Shown in pieces: positions 16,895-24,370 of a DNA stretch of 52,027 bases; position 1 is the first letter of the stretch; each line of letters begins with the position of its first letter. This stretch comes from an uncultured Gammaproteobacteria bacterium (GTDB lineage: Bacteria; Patescibacteriota; Patescibacteriia; Magasanikbacterales; GCA-002688135). Location of the stretch: NCBI GenBank assembly GCA_964536205.1, contig CAZHVT010000002.1, positions 67,982 through 120,008 of the forward strand. Reading direction: 5' to 3'. The translations under genes were made by a program, and so were the position numbers. The notes beneath the pieces were generated by a model. That model was not told the DNA's origin. It worked only from the letters and a program-made list of their open reading frames with translations, and ran no database searches.

Positions 16895-17354
16895 CCAATG
16901 ATCAAATAACAAATGACAAACAAAATTCAAATATCAAACTCCAAAAAAACCGCTGTGTATGATTTGGAGCCGAGAACAGCGGAGTTTGCTTTTTCGTGTC
17001 GAAATTTGATAAAACAATTGAAACGAAATGTCACAAATATAGAATACGCAAAACAGCTGGCACGATCTTCAGGTTCAGTAGCGGCAAATTACATAGAGGC
17101 CAATGAGGCACTGAGTAAAAAGGATTTCGTCTATCGGGTAAGAATTGTGAGAAAGGAGGTCAAAGAATCTGGGTTGTGGTTGCGATTGATTGAAATAGAT
17201 AAAGTCTACGAACAAACGAGAATGACATTACTAAAGGAGACTATAGAACTAACGAAGATAATGAGTAGAATTATTACGAATAGTACAGCGAAGTAATTGG
17301 AATTTATGATTTGGAATTTGTTTGAAAATTGTGATTTGGTAATTGGTAATTGGT
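16893..17354. repeat. long imperfect inverted repeat of caaat/ccaat words enclosing the four-helix-bundle gene
   Basis: Left arm 16893-16950 (aaccaatgatcaaataacaaatgacaaacaaaattcaaatatcaaactccaaa) versus the reverse complement of right arm 17295-17354 (accaattaccaattaccaaatcacaattttcaaacaaattccaaatcataaattccaa). Confidence 0.6.
16913..17296 (+). CDS. four-helix-bundle protein (23S rRNA intervening-sequence protein family)
   Basis: LARSSGSVAANYIEANEA and RIVRKEVKESGLWLRLI match the family hallmarks. Confidence 0.85.
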   Translation: MTNKIQISNSKKTAVYDLEPRTAEFAFSCRNLIKQLKRNVTNIEYAKQLARSSGSVAANYIEANEALSKKDFVYRVRIVRKEVKESGLWLRLIEIDKVYEQTRMTLLKETIELTKIMSRIITNSTAK

Positions 17355-17364
17355 ACTTACTCAT

Positions 17365-18417
17365 ATGAGTCCAATATTTTTGATTGTATTTGGTGGGGCA
17401 GCTGCGGCTGTTTCTTATGTATTAACACAACTCACCATAAAAAAAGCAATACAATGGAAGATAGTAGATAAACCAACAGGCGGTAGAAAAATCCACAAAA
17501 AACCAATTCCATTACTCGGAGGCGTGCCAATTATGGTCACGTTCTTTTTAATCGGATTCATTGCACTTCAAATAATAGATATCACCATCACTATCCCCAT
17601 AACTCGAATCGGCGCAATTCTCATAGGATCCTTCGTGATTTTATTATTAGGAGTCATTGATGATCAAAAAAACCTCAAAGCGCACTGGCAGCTCGGTGGA
17701 ATTATCTTCGCAGTTTTAATTGCAACACTGTTAGGAACAAATCTCACACACATCTCAAATCCATTTGGAGGAATCCTAACGCTCACAGAACCAAACATCA
17801 CATTCGGTCCATTCGCAATTTTTATCGTCGCCGATGCTATAGTTTTCACATGGCTTATACTCATGACAGGAACAACAAAATTACTGGATGGACTCGATGG
17901 ATTGGTCACAGGAATTGTCTCAATAGGCGCAATCCTCATCGCAGGCTTCTCAATGTTCTCACGATACTACCAACCAGACATCGCGCTCGCAGCAGCAATC
18001 CTCGCTGGAAGTTGTGTCGGATTTTTGATCTTAAATCATCACCCTGCAAAAATATTTTTAGGAAGTGTGGGAAGTATTTGGCTCGGATATATTCTTGGAG
18101 TTCTCGCGGTCATATCCGGCGGAAAAATCGCAATTGCATTATTAGTCCTCGGCGTGCCACTCATCGACATGATTTTTGTAGTGCTCCGAAGAATGAAAAA
18201 AGGGAAATCACCACTCGCCGGCGATGCAACACATTTACACTTCAGATTAATGAAACAAATCGGTCACAAAAAAACCGTATACCTTTATTGGATGCTCGCT
18301 GCTGGATTTGGTGGCCTAACGGTGGTAGCACAAAGCACAGGAAAAATGGTAACATTTATAACACTCGTATTATTTACATTTTTAATCATCACACTAATAA
18401 CAAGAAAATATGAATAA
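17365..18417 (+). CDS. polyprenyl-phosphate sugar-phosphate transferase, GT4 MraY/WecA family (WecA-like)
   Basis: VIDDQKNL, TKLLDGLDGLVTG, HLHFRL (WecA-type His motif); about 10 TM segments. Confidence 0.8.
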   Translation: MSPIFLIVFGGAAAAVSYVLTQLTIKKAIQWKIVDKPTGGRKIHKKPIPLLGGVPIMVTFFLIGFIALQIIDITITIPITRIGAILIGSFVILLLGVIDDQKNLKAHWQLGGIIFAVLIATLLGTNLTHISNPFGGILTLTEPNITFGPFAIFIVADAIVFTWLILMTGTTKLLDGLDGLVTGIVSIGAILIAGFSMFSRYYQPDIALAAAILAGSCVGFLILNHHPAKIFLGSVGSIWLGYILGVLAVISGGKIAIALLVLGVPLIDMIFVVLRRMKKGKSPLAGDATHLHFRLMKQIGHKKTVYLYWMLAAGFGGLTVVAQSTGKMVTFITLVLFTFLIITLITRKYE

Positions 18418-18862
18418 GGTATACATAATTTCTGCGATGTTGTTGCTCGGAGCGGGGTGTGCGAATACACCAGCGCCGCCTGCGGATGCAGCACAGCGCT
18501 TGGGATCGAGCGAGCCGGGAAATGCAATACAAGAATTAGTCGATGGAAAAGAAAAATCAATTCCACAAATGACAAATTGGATTTTGAATAAAAATGTGAT
18601 TTGCAAAAACAAATTGGATCACATAGTTTTGCTTCCGGAAATCGGAGGGAAGGATGCTGCGATCGCTTTGAATCTAGCTTTGTTGTCAGATGATTTGGGA
18701 TCAAAATGTCGACAACAGGCAGCGTTTGAGGCAACAAAGTTGAATGATGCGCAAACAATCAAAATCTTAAAGTCTTTGGCAAAAAATGATAAAGATAAGG
18801 ATGTAAGATATGCCGCAGAGACATCTCACAAGAAATTAGTTCCAGAGGATTACGAGGAATAG
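18410..18862 (+). CDS. lipoprotein with HEAT-like repeats
   Basis: Lipobox LLLGAG|C; ...KDKDVRYAAE. Confidence 0.65.
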   Translation: MNKVYIISAMLLLGAGCANTPAPPADAAQRLGSSEPGNAIQELVDGKEKSIPQMTNWILNKNVICKNKLDHIVLLPEIGGKDAAIALNLALLSDDLGSKCRQQAAFEATKLNDAQTIKILKSLAKNDKDKDVRYAAETSHKKLVPEDYEE

Positions 18863-18868
18863 AATCAC

Positions 18869-18897
18869 TTGACATATTTTCGCGATCTCTATATAAT
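18869..18897 (+). promoter_or_regulatory. consensus promoter of rplU (near-leaderless)
   Basis: TTGACA-17 nt-TATAAT; only 8 nt between the -10 and ATG 18906. Confidence 0.7.
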
Positions 18898-18905
18898 CCT
18901 GCCAT

Positions 18906-19223
18906 ATGAATGCTGTAATAAAAACGGGCGGAAAACAATATCTGGTGAAAGCTGGAGATTCGCTCACAATTGAGAAGATCGAAGGCGAAGCAGGGGCCAA
19001 GGTCACGTTCGACGCTGTCCTCCTCGCATTCGACGACAAAGCTGCTGATGTCAAAATCGGCACACCGACCCTTAGCGGGGCATCGGTAACCGCAACGATT
19101 GAAGAGCAGGGAAGAGGGAAAAAGATTCCTGTCATCAAATACAAACCAAAGACGCGGTATCGACGTAACGTCGGACATCGCCAACACTTCACAAAGGTGA
19201 AAATCGGCGAAATTAAAGCGTAG
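18906..19223 (+). CDS. rplU: 50S ribosomal protein L21
   Basis: MNAVIKTGGKQYLVKAGD...GHRQHFTKVKI. Confidence 0.95.
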   Translation: MNAVIKTGGKQYLVKAGDSLTIEKIEGEAGAKVTFDAVLLAFDDKAADVKIGTPTLSGASVTATIEEQGRGKKIPVIKYKPKTRYRRNVGHRQHFTKVKIGEIKA

Positions 19224-19230
19224 CTGAAGA

Positions 19231-19256
19231 TAAAACCGCCGCTCGGCGGTTTTTTG
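19231..19256 (+). terminator. intrinsic terminator
   Basis: aaaaccgcc-gctc-ggcggtttt plus T-run. Confidence 0.8.
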
Positions 19257-19290
19257 ACACACAAATAAAACAAATGTAATATGAATTCAT

Positions 19291-19608
19291 ATGGAAAAAC
19301 TTGAAAAAAAATTGGATGACGTTGTTGAAATGGTAACGTTTCTAAAAGACAGCGCAATCACGCGTAACGAATTTCAAGGTGCGCTGTTAGGTATGCGCGA
19401 AGAAATTAGCGGTGCGATAAAAGAAAGTGAAGATCGTATCAAAACGGAAGTCATGACTCATATAGATACATTTATTGCTTTGCATCAAAAGCTGGATCTT
19501 GAATTAGTTGCCTTGCGTGCAAAGTATCAAAGACTTGAGGAAGAGCATCAAAAGCTCAAAACACAAATGGGAGTAATCATGAAACATCTACAGATGGAGC
19601 CAGCGTAA
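19291..19608 (+). CDS. coiled-coil hypothetical protein (105 aa)
   Basis: Heptad-rich, own terminator. Confidence 0.6.
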   Translation: MEKLEKKLDDVVEMVTFLKDSAITRNEFQGALLGMREEISGAIKESEDRIKTEVMTHIDTFIALHQKLDLELVALRAKYQRLEEEHQKLKTQMGVIMKHLQMEPA

Positions 19609-19678
19609 AAAACCGCCGTGACTCCACGTCATTCCGAGCGAAGTCGAGGGATCTCGTGAGAATCATCAGGCGGTTTTT
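19607..19678 (+). terminator. terminator stem split by a half-copy of a GTCAT repeat
   Basis: aaaaaccgcc (19607-19616) pairs with ggcggttttt (19669-19678). The 52-nt loop contains gtcattccgagcgaagtcgagggatctcgt, related to 43928-43957. Confidence 0.5.
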
Positions 19679-19692
19679 TGGTTGTTGTATAG

Positions 19693-19721
19693 TTGACAAA
19701 AAGCTGGAATCAATCTATGCT
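19693..19721 (+). promoter_or_regulatory. candidate promoter
   Basis: TTGACA-17 nt-TATGCT, then AAAGGAG RBS. Confidence 0.55.
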
Positions 19722-19750
19722 GAAAATATCGAATATTCAAAGGAGTACTC

Positions 19751-20089
19751 ATGAAATCGATCGCAGCAGATGTGAACAAGTTGGTATGCGATGGTGCAGA
19801 GCATCATCCAGAAGATACACGGTTGGCGCTCAAAGCGCTCAAGTCGTGCACAACATTCGATGCGCTGGATGCAGCAGCTCAAGAGCTTCCAGTCACATGC
19901 CGCGCACGTGCACAACGCATTCTCCGTCGCGCAAAAAAAGATGGCACAACGCCCATGGCGCTACTCAACCATCTCGACGCCGCGCAAGCAACGCACATGC
20001 CGAAAACACTCACCGCACAAGAAGCACTGGATCAGTACGTGCAAGGAAACTGCTCTCTCGAAGAAGCAGGATTCTACTACCAAACCTGA
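19751..20089 (+). CDS. hypothetical protein (112 aa) in a GC-richer islet
   Basis: Best RBS (AAAGGAG) among three overlapping frames. Confidence 0.55.
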   Translation: MKSIAADVNKLVCDGAEHHPEDTRLALKALKSCTTFDALDAAAQELPVTCRARAQRILRRAKKDGTTPMALLNHLDAAQATHMPKTLTAQEALDQYVQGNCSLEEAGFYYQT

Positions 20090-20096
20090 ACCAAAA

Positions 20097-20122
20097 AGAG
20101 CTCCACGGAGCTCTGTTTTTTT
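20097..20122 (+). terminator. intrinsic terminator
   Basis: agagctc-cacg-gagctct plus T7. Confidence 0.75.
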
Positions 20123-20154
20123 ACTAAAATGAGGAATACACAAATCGAAAAGTC

Positions 20155-20183
20155 TTGACAGGCTGGTCAAATTATGGTACATT
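20155..20183 (+). promoter_or_regulatory. candidate promoter
   Basis: TTGACA-17 nt-TACATT. Confidence 0.55.
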
Positions 20184-20228
20184 TACAGCAGTTCACAAAA
20201 ATACAATTCAAAAAAGGAGCGGGGTGTC

Positions 20229-21392
20229 ATGTATATGAATTGGCGCATGCACAGGACAAGGCTTGGAGATCGAGTCGTTGTCTCAAGGCATGAGGGGGTC
20301 ATAACATCCGAATTTCATCTGAATTACGCGTACGAATTGGATGTGTTGGTGATCAGGACGACTGACTACTCGTGTTTGCGAAAAATCATGCAGTGGGCCT
20401 ACTGGCATGCGCGCAACTATCATGTTCGGCGTGATTACAGAAGCCTGATTGATCACACTATCGAGCGGCAAGAGCGAGTAACGTTGAATGCCAGTTGGAG
20501 CTTCTTCGAGCATCCAGATGTACCAGAAAGTGTGAGTCAGCTGAGAGATGACGAGATCCTCAATGGACTTCTCCCGCTGGTAAAGATCATTCACGCGAAT
20601 ACAGATTCGTACGAATCCGGACTCAATCGAATTCGCACGATCATGCGAGAGACACATGATGTGGATATTACGTGGGACGCAAAGGAATGGTCGCACATGA
20701 CTTCGCGGATGAATGTAATGTTTGCAGTAAAAGACAGAAAGTTCTGTTTCTGGAAGGGCCTGCTTGGCGCAGAAAACATGCTTGAGCGGAAACACGATGC
20801 GTTCAATCTCGTGCCGCCATACCATCCAGCTCGATTGGGGCACAAGGTTGCCTTTATGGTGAACGGCGCAACAGACGCTGTGCTCAATGGTAACAGAGGT
20901 GCACCGCTTGCACAGCGAGCTTTCATCAGCGTACATTCGCCGCCAGAATCGCGTGTAAAGCATGACGAAAAGGTGTACGGCCGGAGCTGGAACTACATGA
21001 AGCATCCATTCAAGGCTGAAGGCTCGTCATTCGTACTCACACTCGACAAGATCGACCTGCTCGGAGTATCACTTCAGGAAGATATTATCAAAATCCTGAC
21101 GTCATTGCTCGGACTTGATGAAACATTCATGGAAATCGGACAGGCATTCAACTCTCCATATCCGCATTACGAAAACGTTCTGAGTCGAAAAAAACTTCAG
21201 ACACCTTATCCACACCCGACAAGAGATCATAGAGGGCGAGGATGCGAAAGCCGGTGCGTCTGGCAGTATCATTTCCTCAAGGAAGAAGGGGTGTTGGAGG
21301 AATCGCTGATTCCGCCATGGTTCTTGACAGAGGAATGGCTCAGTATCTTCGAGGGTGAACAAGCACACGAAGGCCCACGACCCATCAGGTAG
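20229..21392 (+). CDS. hypothetical protein (387 aa) in a GC-richer islet
   Basis: AAGGAG RBS; no recognisable domain. Confidence 0.65.
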   Translation: MYMNWRMHRTRLGDRVVVSRHEGVITSEFHLNYAYELDVLVIRTTDYSCLRKIMQWAYWHARNYHVRRDYRSLIDHTIERQERVTLNASWSFFEHPDVPESVSQLRDDEILNGLLPLVKIIHANTDSYESGLNRIRTIMRETHDVDITWDAKEWSHMTSRMNVMFAVKDRKFCFWKGLLGAENMLERKHDAFNLVPPYHPARLGHKVAFMVNGATDAVLNGNRGAPLAQRAFISVHSPPESRVKHDEKVYGRSWNYMKHPFKAEGSSFVLTLDKIDLLGVSLQEDIIKILTSLLGLDETFMEIGQAFNSPYPHYENVLSRKKLQTPYPHPTRDHRGRGCESRCVWQYHFLKEEGVLEESLIPPWFLTEEWLSIFEGEQAHEGPRPIR

Positions 21393-21401
21393 TAATTATG
21401 A

Positions 21402-21432
21402 GACTCGATTTCTACGGAAGTCGAGTTTTTTT
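21402..21432 (+). terminator. intrinsic terminator
   Basis: actcgatttc-tacg-gaagtcgagt (1 mismatch) plus T7. Confidence 0.7.
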
Positions 21433-22027
21433 AATTCATCTCCTTTCGATCGCGCAGTGCGTTTGAAAGTGTTGCATCATCTGCATACTCAACAGAGGCT
21501 CCCATCGGGAGGCCGCGCGCAATGCGGGAAACCTTCACAGGAAACTGCTGTAATAATTTTGATAAATACACGCCGGTTACTTCTCCTTCCACTGATGGAT
21601 CAAATCCTAAAATTAATTCTTTCACAATTTCTGTTTTAGATCGCACACACAATTGCTGAACTTTCAATTTCTCTGGTCCAATATCATCTATGGGATTAAT
21701 CAAACCGCACAACACATGATACACACCTTTAAAATCTCCAACTCGTTCATACGCTTCAACATCCGGCGAGCCAGCAACAACCAGTACCAAAGATTGATCT
21801 CGATTCAAATCTGAACAAATAGTACATGGATCACAATCCGCAACACGAAAACATACTGAACATTGTAAGGTCGCAGCTTTCGCTTTCGCCAAAGATTCCA
21901 ACAAATGTTCTGCATCACCAGGTCTATAATGACACAAATGGAGCGCATAGCGCTCGGCTGTCTTAGGGCCAACACCAGGGAGTCGCTTAAGAGATTCGAT
22001 GAGTTGTCGGAGCTGTTCAGGATACAT
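21431..22027 (-). CDS. recR: recombination protein RecR
   Basis: HhH LPGVGPKTAER, C4 zinc finger CSVCFRV..CTIC, Toprim. Confidence 0.95.
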   Translation of the reverse strand: MYPEQLRQLIESLKRLPGVGPKTAERYALHLCHYRPGDAEHLLESLAKAKAATLQCSVCFRVADCDPCTICSDLNRDQSLVLVVAGSPDVEAYERVGDFKGVYHVLCGLINPIDDIGPEKLKVQQLCVRSKTEIVKELILGFDPSVEGEVTGVYLSKLLQQFPVKVSRIARGLPMGASVEYADDATLSNALRDRKEMN

Positions 22028-22035
22028 ACCGATTA

Positions 22036-22159
22036 AACAACAATTACCAAATTACAAAAAAACAAATTTCAAATTCTAAGCGTCACTTCGAGACAGTTTG
22101 ATATTTAGAAATTCGAATTTTGAATTTGTTTGGAAATTGAGATTTGGTCATTGGTCATT
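22036..22159. repeat. cargo-less hairpin of the same word family as the four-helix-bundle element
   Basis: Left arm ...caattaccaaattacaaaaaaacaaatttcaaattctaa, loop gcgtcacttcgagacagtttgatat, right arm ttagaaattcgaattttgaatttgtttggaaattgagatttggtcattggtcatt; inner 16 nt pair 13/16. Confidence 0.6.
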
Positions 22160-22166
22160 AAATCTT

Positions 22167-22460
22167 TTAGGACATCCCTGGCATATCAAACCCATCCATT
22201 CCCTTCATCTTCTCCGCCATCTTACGATGTCCTTTTTTCACTGCATCGTTAAATGCATCTTTGAGAGAATCTTGTAATTTTGATTTGTTCTCGAGCATGG
22301 AATCATCAATCTCTACAGCTTGTGCAGTTTGATTGCCATCCATTTTAACTTTTACTTTTCCAAACGATGCAGAACCTTCAACACTGATTTCTCCCAAAGC
22401 ACTCTGCAATGTTTTTGCTTTATTTCGCAAATCCTTAAATTGTTTTAGCTTGTTAAACAT
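22167..22460 (-). CDS. ybaB: YbaB/EbfC-family nucleoid-associated protein
   Basis: Size, position next to recR, ...GKVKVKMDGNQ...IDDS motif pattern. Confidence 0.85.
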   Translation of the reverse strand: MFNKLKQFKDLRNKAKTLQSALGEISVEGSASFGKVKVKMDGNQTAQAVEIDDSMLENKSKLQDSLKDAFNDAVKKGHRKMAEKMKGMDGFDMPGMS

Positions 22461-22543
22461 ACATTATGAATCATGAATTATGAATCTAGAATAACGGAAA
22501 TATGGACAAATGTCAATAGAAGGCTCGAATGACAGCGCAGTAA

Positions 22544-22607
22544 ATAGGCGGAAGGAAAAGCTCTGCGCAGTGAAACGGAGCATAGTTTTCCGTTACTATA
22601 AGTGCCG
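22544..22607. repeat. 64-nt conserved hairpin element, copy 1
   Basis: 58/64 identical to 51964-52027; 4 of the 6 differences are two compensatory stem pairs. Confidence 0.85.
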
Positions 22608-22701
22608 AAGCTCTGCAAAGCAGAGCGGAGCCATAAAAATTCGCCCGAAGCGGCGCATCCGCCCGGAGTGAAACGGAGGCAAAGCGCGATTCGAGCAGCA
22701 T

Positions 22702-22726
22702 GGATCCCGGCCTGCGCCGGGATGAC
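22702..22726. repeat. solo arm of the GTCAT palindromic element
   Basis: ggatcccggcctgcgccgggatgac is the exact reverse complement of 3209-3233. Confidence 0.85.
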
Positions 22727-22733
22727 AGTCAGC

Positions 22734-24245
22734 CTACATCGGCGGGGTAGAAGGCCGTGGAGGAACAGCCTGCGTAGAAGGCCGTGGTGGATACTGCCGC
22801 GGATTCGGAGCCTTCGAATAACCCCCAGCCGGCGCCTTAACTTTCTGCGGATAACTCGCCGGCTTGGGCGCATGCGCACGATCCAAATTCCGAAACGAAA
22901 CACGCGCAGAATCAAAAAACAATTTCACCACTCCAGTCGGACCATTTCGATGTTTCGCAATATGAATCTCACCAATATTCCGTTCCTCCGGTGCAATATC
23001 TTCAGGACGATAATTTTTATCAGCAGCCTTTCGATACAAAAACATCACCACATCTGCATCCTGCTCAATCGCACCCGAATCTCGCAAATGAGACAACTTC
23101 GGAATTGCAGGTTTCGTCGACTCAACAGAACGCGACAACTGCGACAACGCAATCACTGGAATATTCAACTCACGAGCAAGCTGTTTCAAAGAACGCGAAA
23201 TCATGGCAACCTCTTGCACACGATTATCAACTCGAGTTTTCGAATCAATCAACTGCAAATAATCAATCACGACCAATCCCAAACCATGCTCCTGTTTCAG
23301 CCGTCGTGCTTTGGTTCGAATCGTAGTCACTGTACAACAAGGATCATCATCAATAAAAATCGATGCTTCAGATAACGTCCCAAGCGCATGACCAATCCGC
23401 GCAAAATCATCTGTATCACCCTTTTCAGACAATCGCCCTGTACGCATTTTCCACAAATCCACATTCGCCTCCGCACAAATCATACGATCAACCAACTGCT
23501 CCTTACTCATCTCCAAACTAAATAACCCAACCGCTTGCTTAGATTTCAGCGCAGCTTGTCGAGCCAAATCCAACACAAACGCAGTTTTACCAACAGAAGG
23601 CCGCGCCGCAATAATCACCAAATCAGATTTCTGCATGCCTCCCAAAAGTGAATCCAATCCATTAAACCCCGTCGGAATCCCACGCAACTTTCCCTTCTCG
23701 CGATGCAACTCATCAATCCGCTCAAACGCATCACTCAAAATATTCGCAACCGGCACAAACGCCCGGGTATTTAATTTATTCGAAACTGCAAACAGCGCCT
23801 GCTCCGACCGATCAATAATCGTCTCAACATCCTCTTGCTCATCATAACTATTATCAACAATCTCACACGCCGCTGCCAGCAATCGCCGCAAGGTCGCTTT
23901 TTTGGAAATAATTGTGGCATAATGTTTGGCATGAGAAGATGTCGCAACCAAATTCGATAATTCCACTAAATACGCTTTTCCACCCGCATCTTTCAATCGC
24001 TCAGTCTCATCAAGCCGATTCCCCAGCGAAACCACATCAATCGGTTGATTTTTATTGAACAACTCCGCAACAGTACGATAGATGATTTCATGAGACTTAA
24101 TATAAAAATCCTCGCTCGTGATCGTATCACCAACTTTGACAAACGCATTAGAATCAATTAAAAGACATGATAATAGAGACTTCTCGGCTTCCTCATTATG
24201 TGGGGGGACTTTGGCAGGGTCGGACATAGTCTTGGATTGTGCCAC
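22734..24245 (-). CDS. dnaB: replicative DNA helicase with a Pro-rich C-terminal extension
   Basis: PPHNEEAEKSLL, Walker A ARPSVGKTAF, VVIDYLQL, RSLK.LARELN; GTG start 24245 (ATG 24227 alternative). Confidence 0.93.
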   Translation of the reverse strand: MAQSKTMSDPAKVPPHNEEAEKSLLSCLLIDSNAFVKVGDTITSEDFYIKSHEIIYRTVAELFNKNQPIDVVSLGNRLDETERLKDAGGKAYLVELSNLVATSSHAKHYATIISKKATLRRLLAAACEIVDNSYDEQEDVETIIDRSEQALFAVSNKLNTRAFVPVANILSDAFERIDELHREKGKLRGIPTGFNGLDSLLGGMQKSDLVIIAARPSVGKTAFVLDLARQAALKSKQAVGLFSLEMSKEQLVDRMICAEANVDLWKMRTGRLSEKGDTDDFARIGHALGTLSEASIFIDDDPCCTVTTIRTKARRLKQEHGLGLVVIDYLQLIDSKTRVDNRVQEVAMISRSLKQLARELNIPVIALSQLSRSVESTKPAIPKLSHLRDSGAIEQDADVVMFLYRKAADKNYRPEDIAPEERNIGEIHIAKHRNGPTGVVKLFFDSARVSFRNLDRAHAPKPASYPQKVKAPAGGYSKAPNPRQYPPRPSTQAVPPRPSTPPM

Positions 24246-24290
24246 GCGGCTTAGACACGATCAAGAGGATAACATGGGGATAGGAGATGA

Positions 24291-24348
24291 GTATATAGTA
24301 TTTGGTATGCAACTTTGTTGCGGTTGCTGAATACCAAATACTATATAC
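24291..24348. repeat. hairpin element with gcaaccgcaacRaagttgc core, copy 1 (reverse orientation)
   Basis: 18-bp perfect stem gtatatagtatttggtat/ataccaaatactatatac around core gcaactttgttgcggttgc. Confidence 0.8.
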
Positions 24349-24370
24349 CAAATACCAGATACCGTTTTTT

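Noticed and set aside
17850-18413. 187-aa alternative-frame ORF inside the WecA-like gene, and similar shadow ORFs (42594-42974, 13884-14384, 1283-1690)
   Set aside because: These are same-strand out-of-frame shadows of well-supported genes, with Arg/Asn-rich junk composition.
19693-21005. Overlapping ORFs 19693-20127, 19791-20132 (+) and 20283-21005, 20591-20926 (-)
   Set aside because: These are multiple open frames caused by the locally higher GC content. Only 19751-20089 and 20229-21392 have an RBS, a promoter and terminator context.
22478-23375. ORFs 22478-22915 (-), 22513-22701 (-) and 22602-23375 (+)
   Set aside because: They are either antisense to dnaB or read through the intergenic repeat mosaic (IPAQAGIH-type peptides). 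They are Arg/Pro-rich translation artefacts of the repeats.
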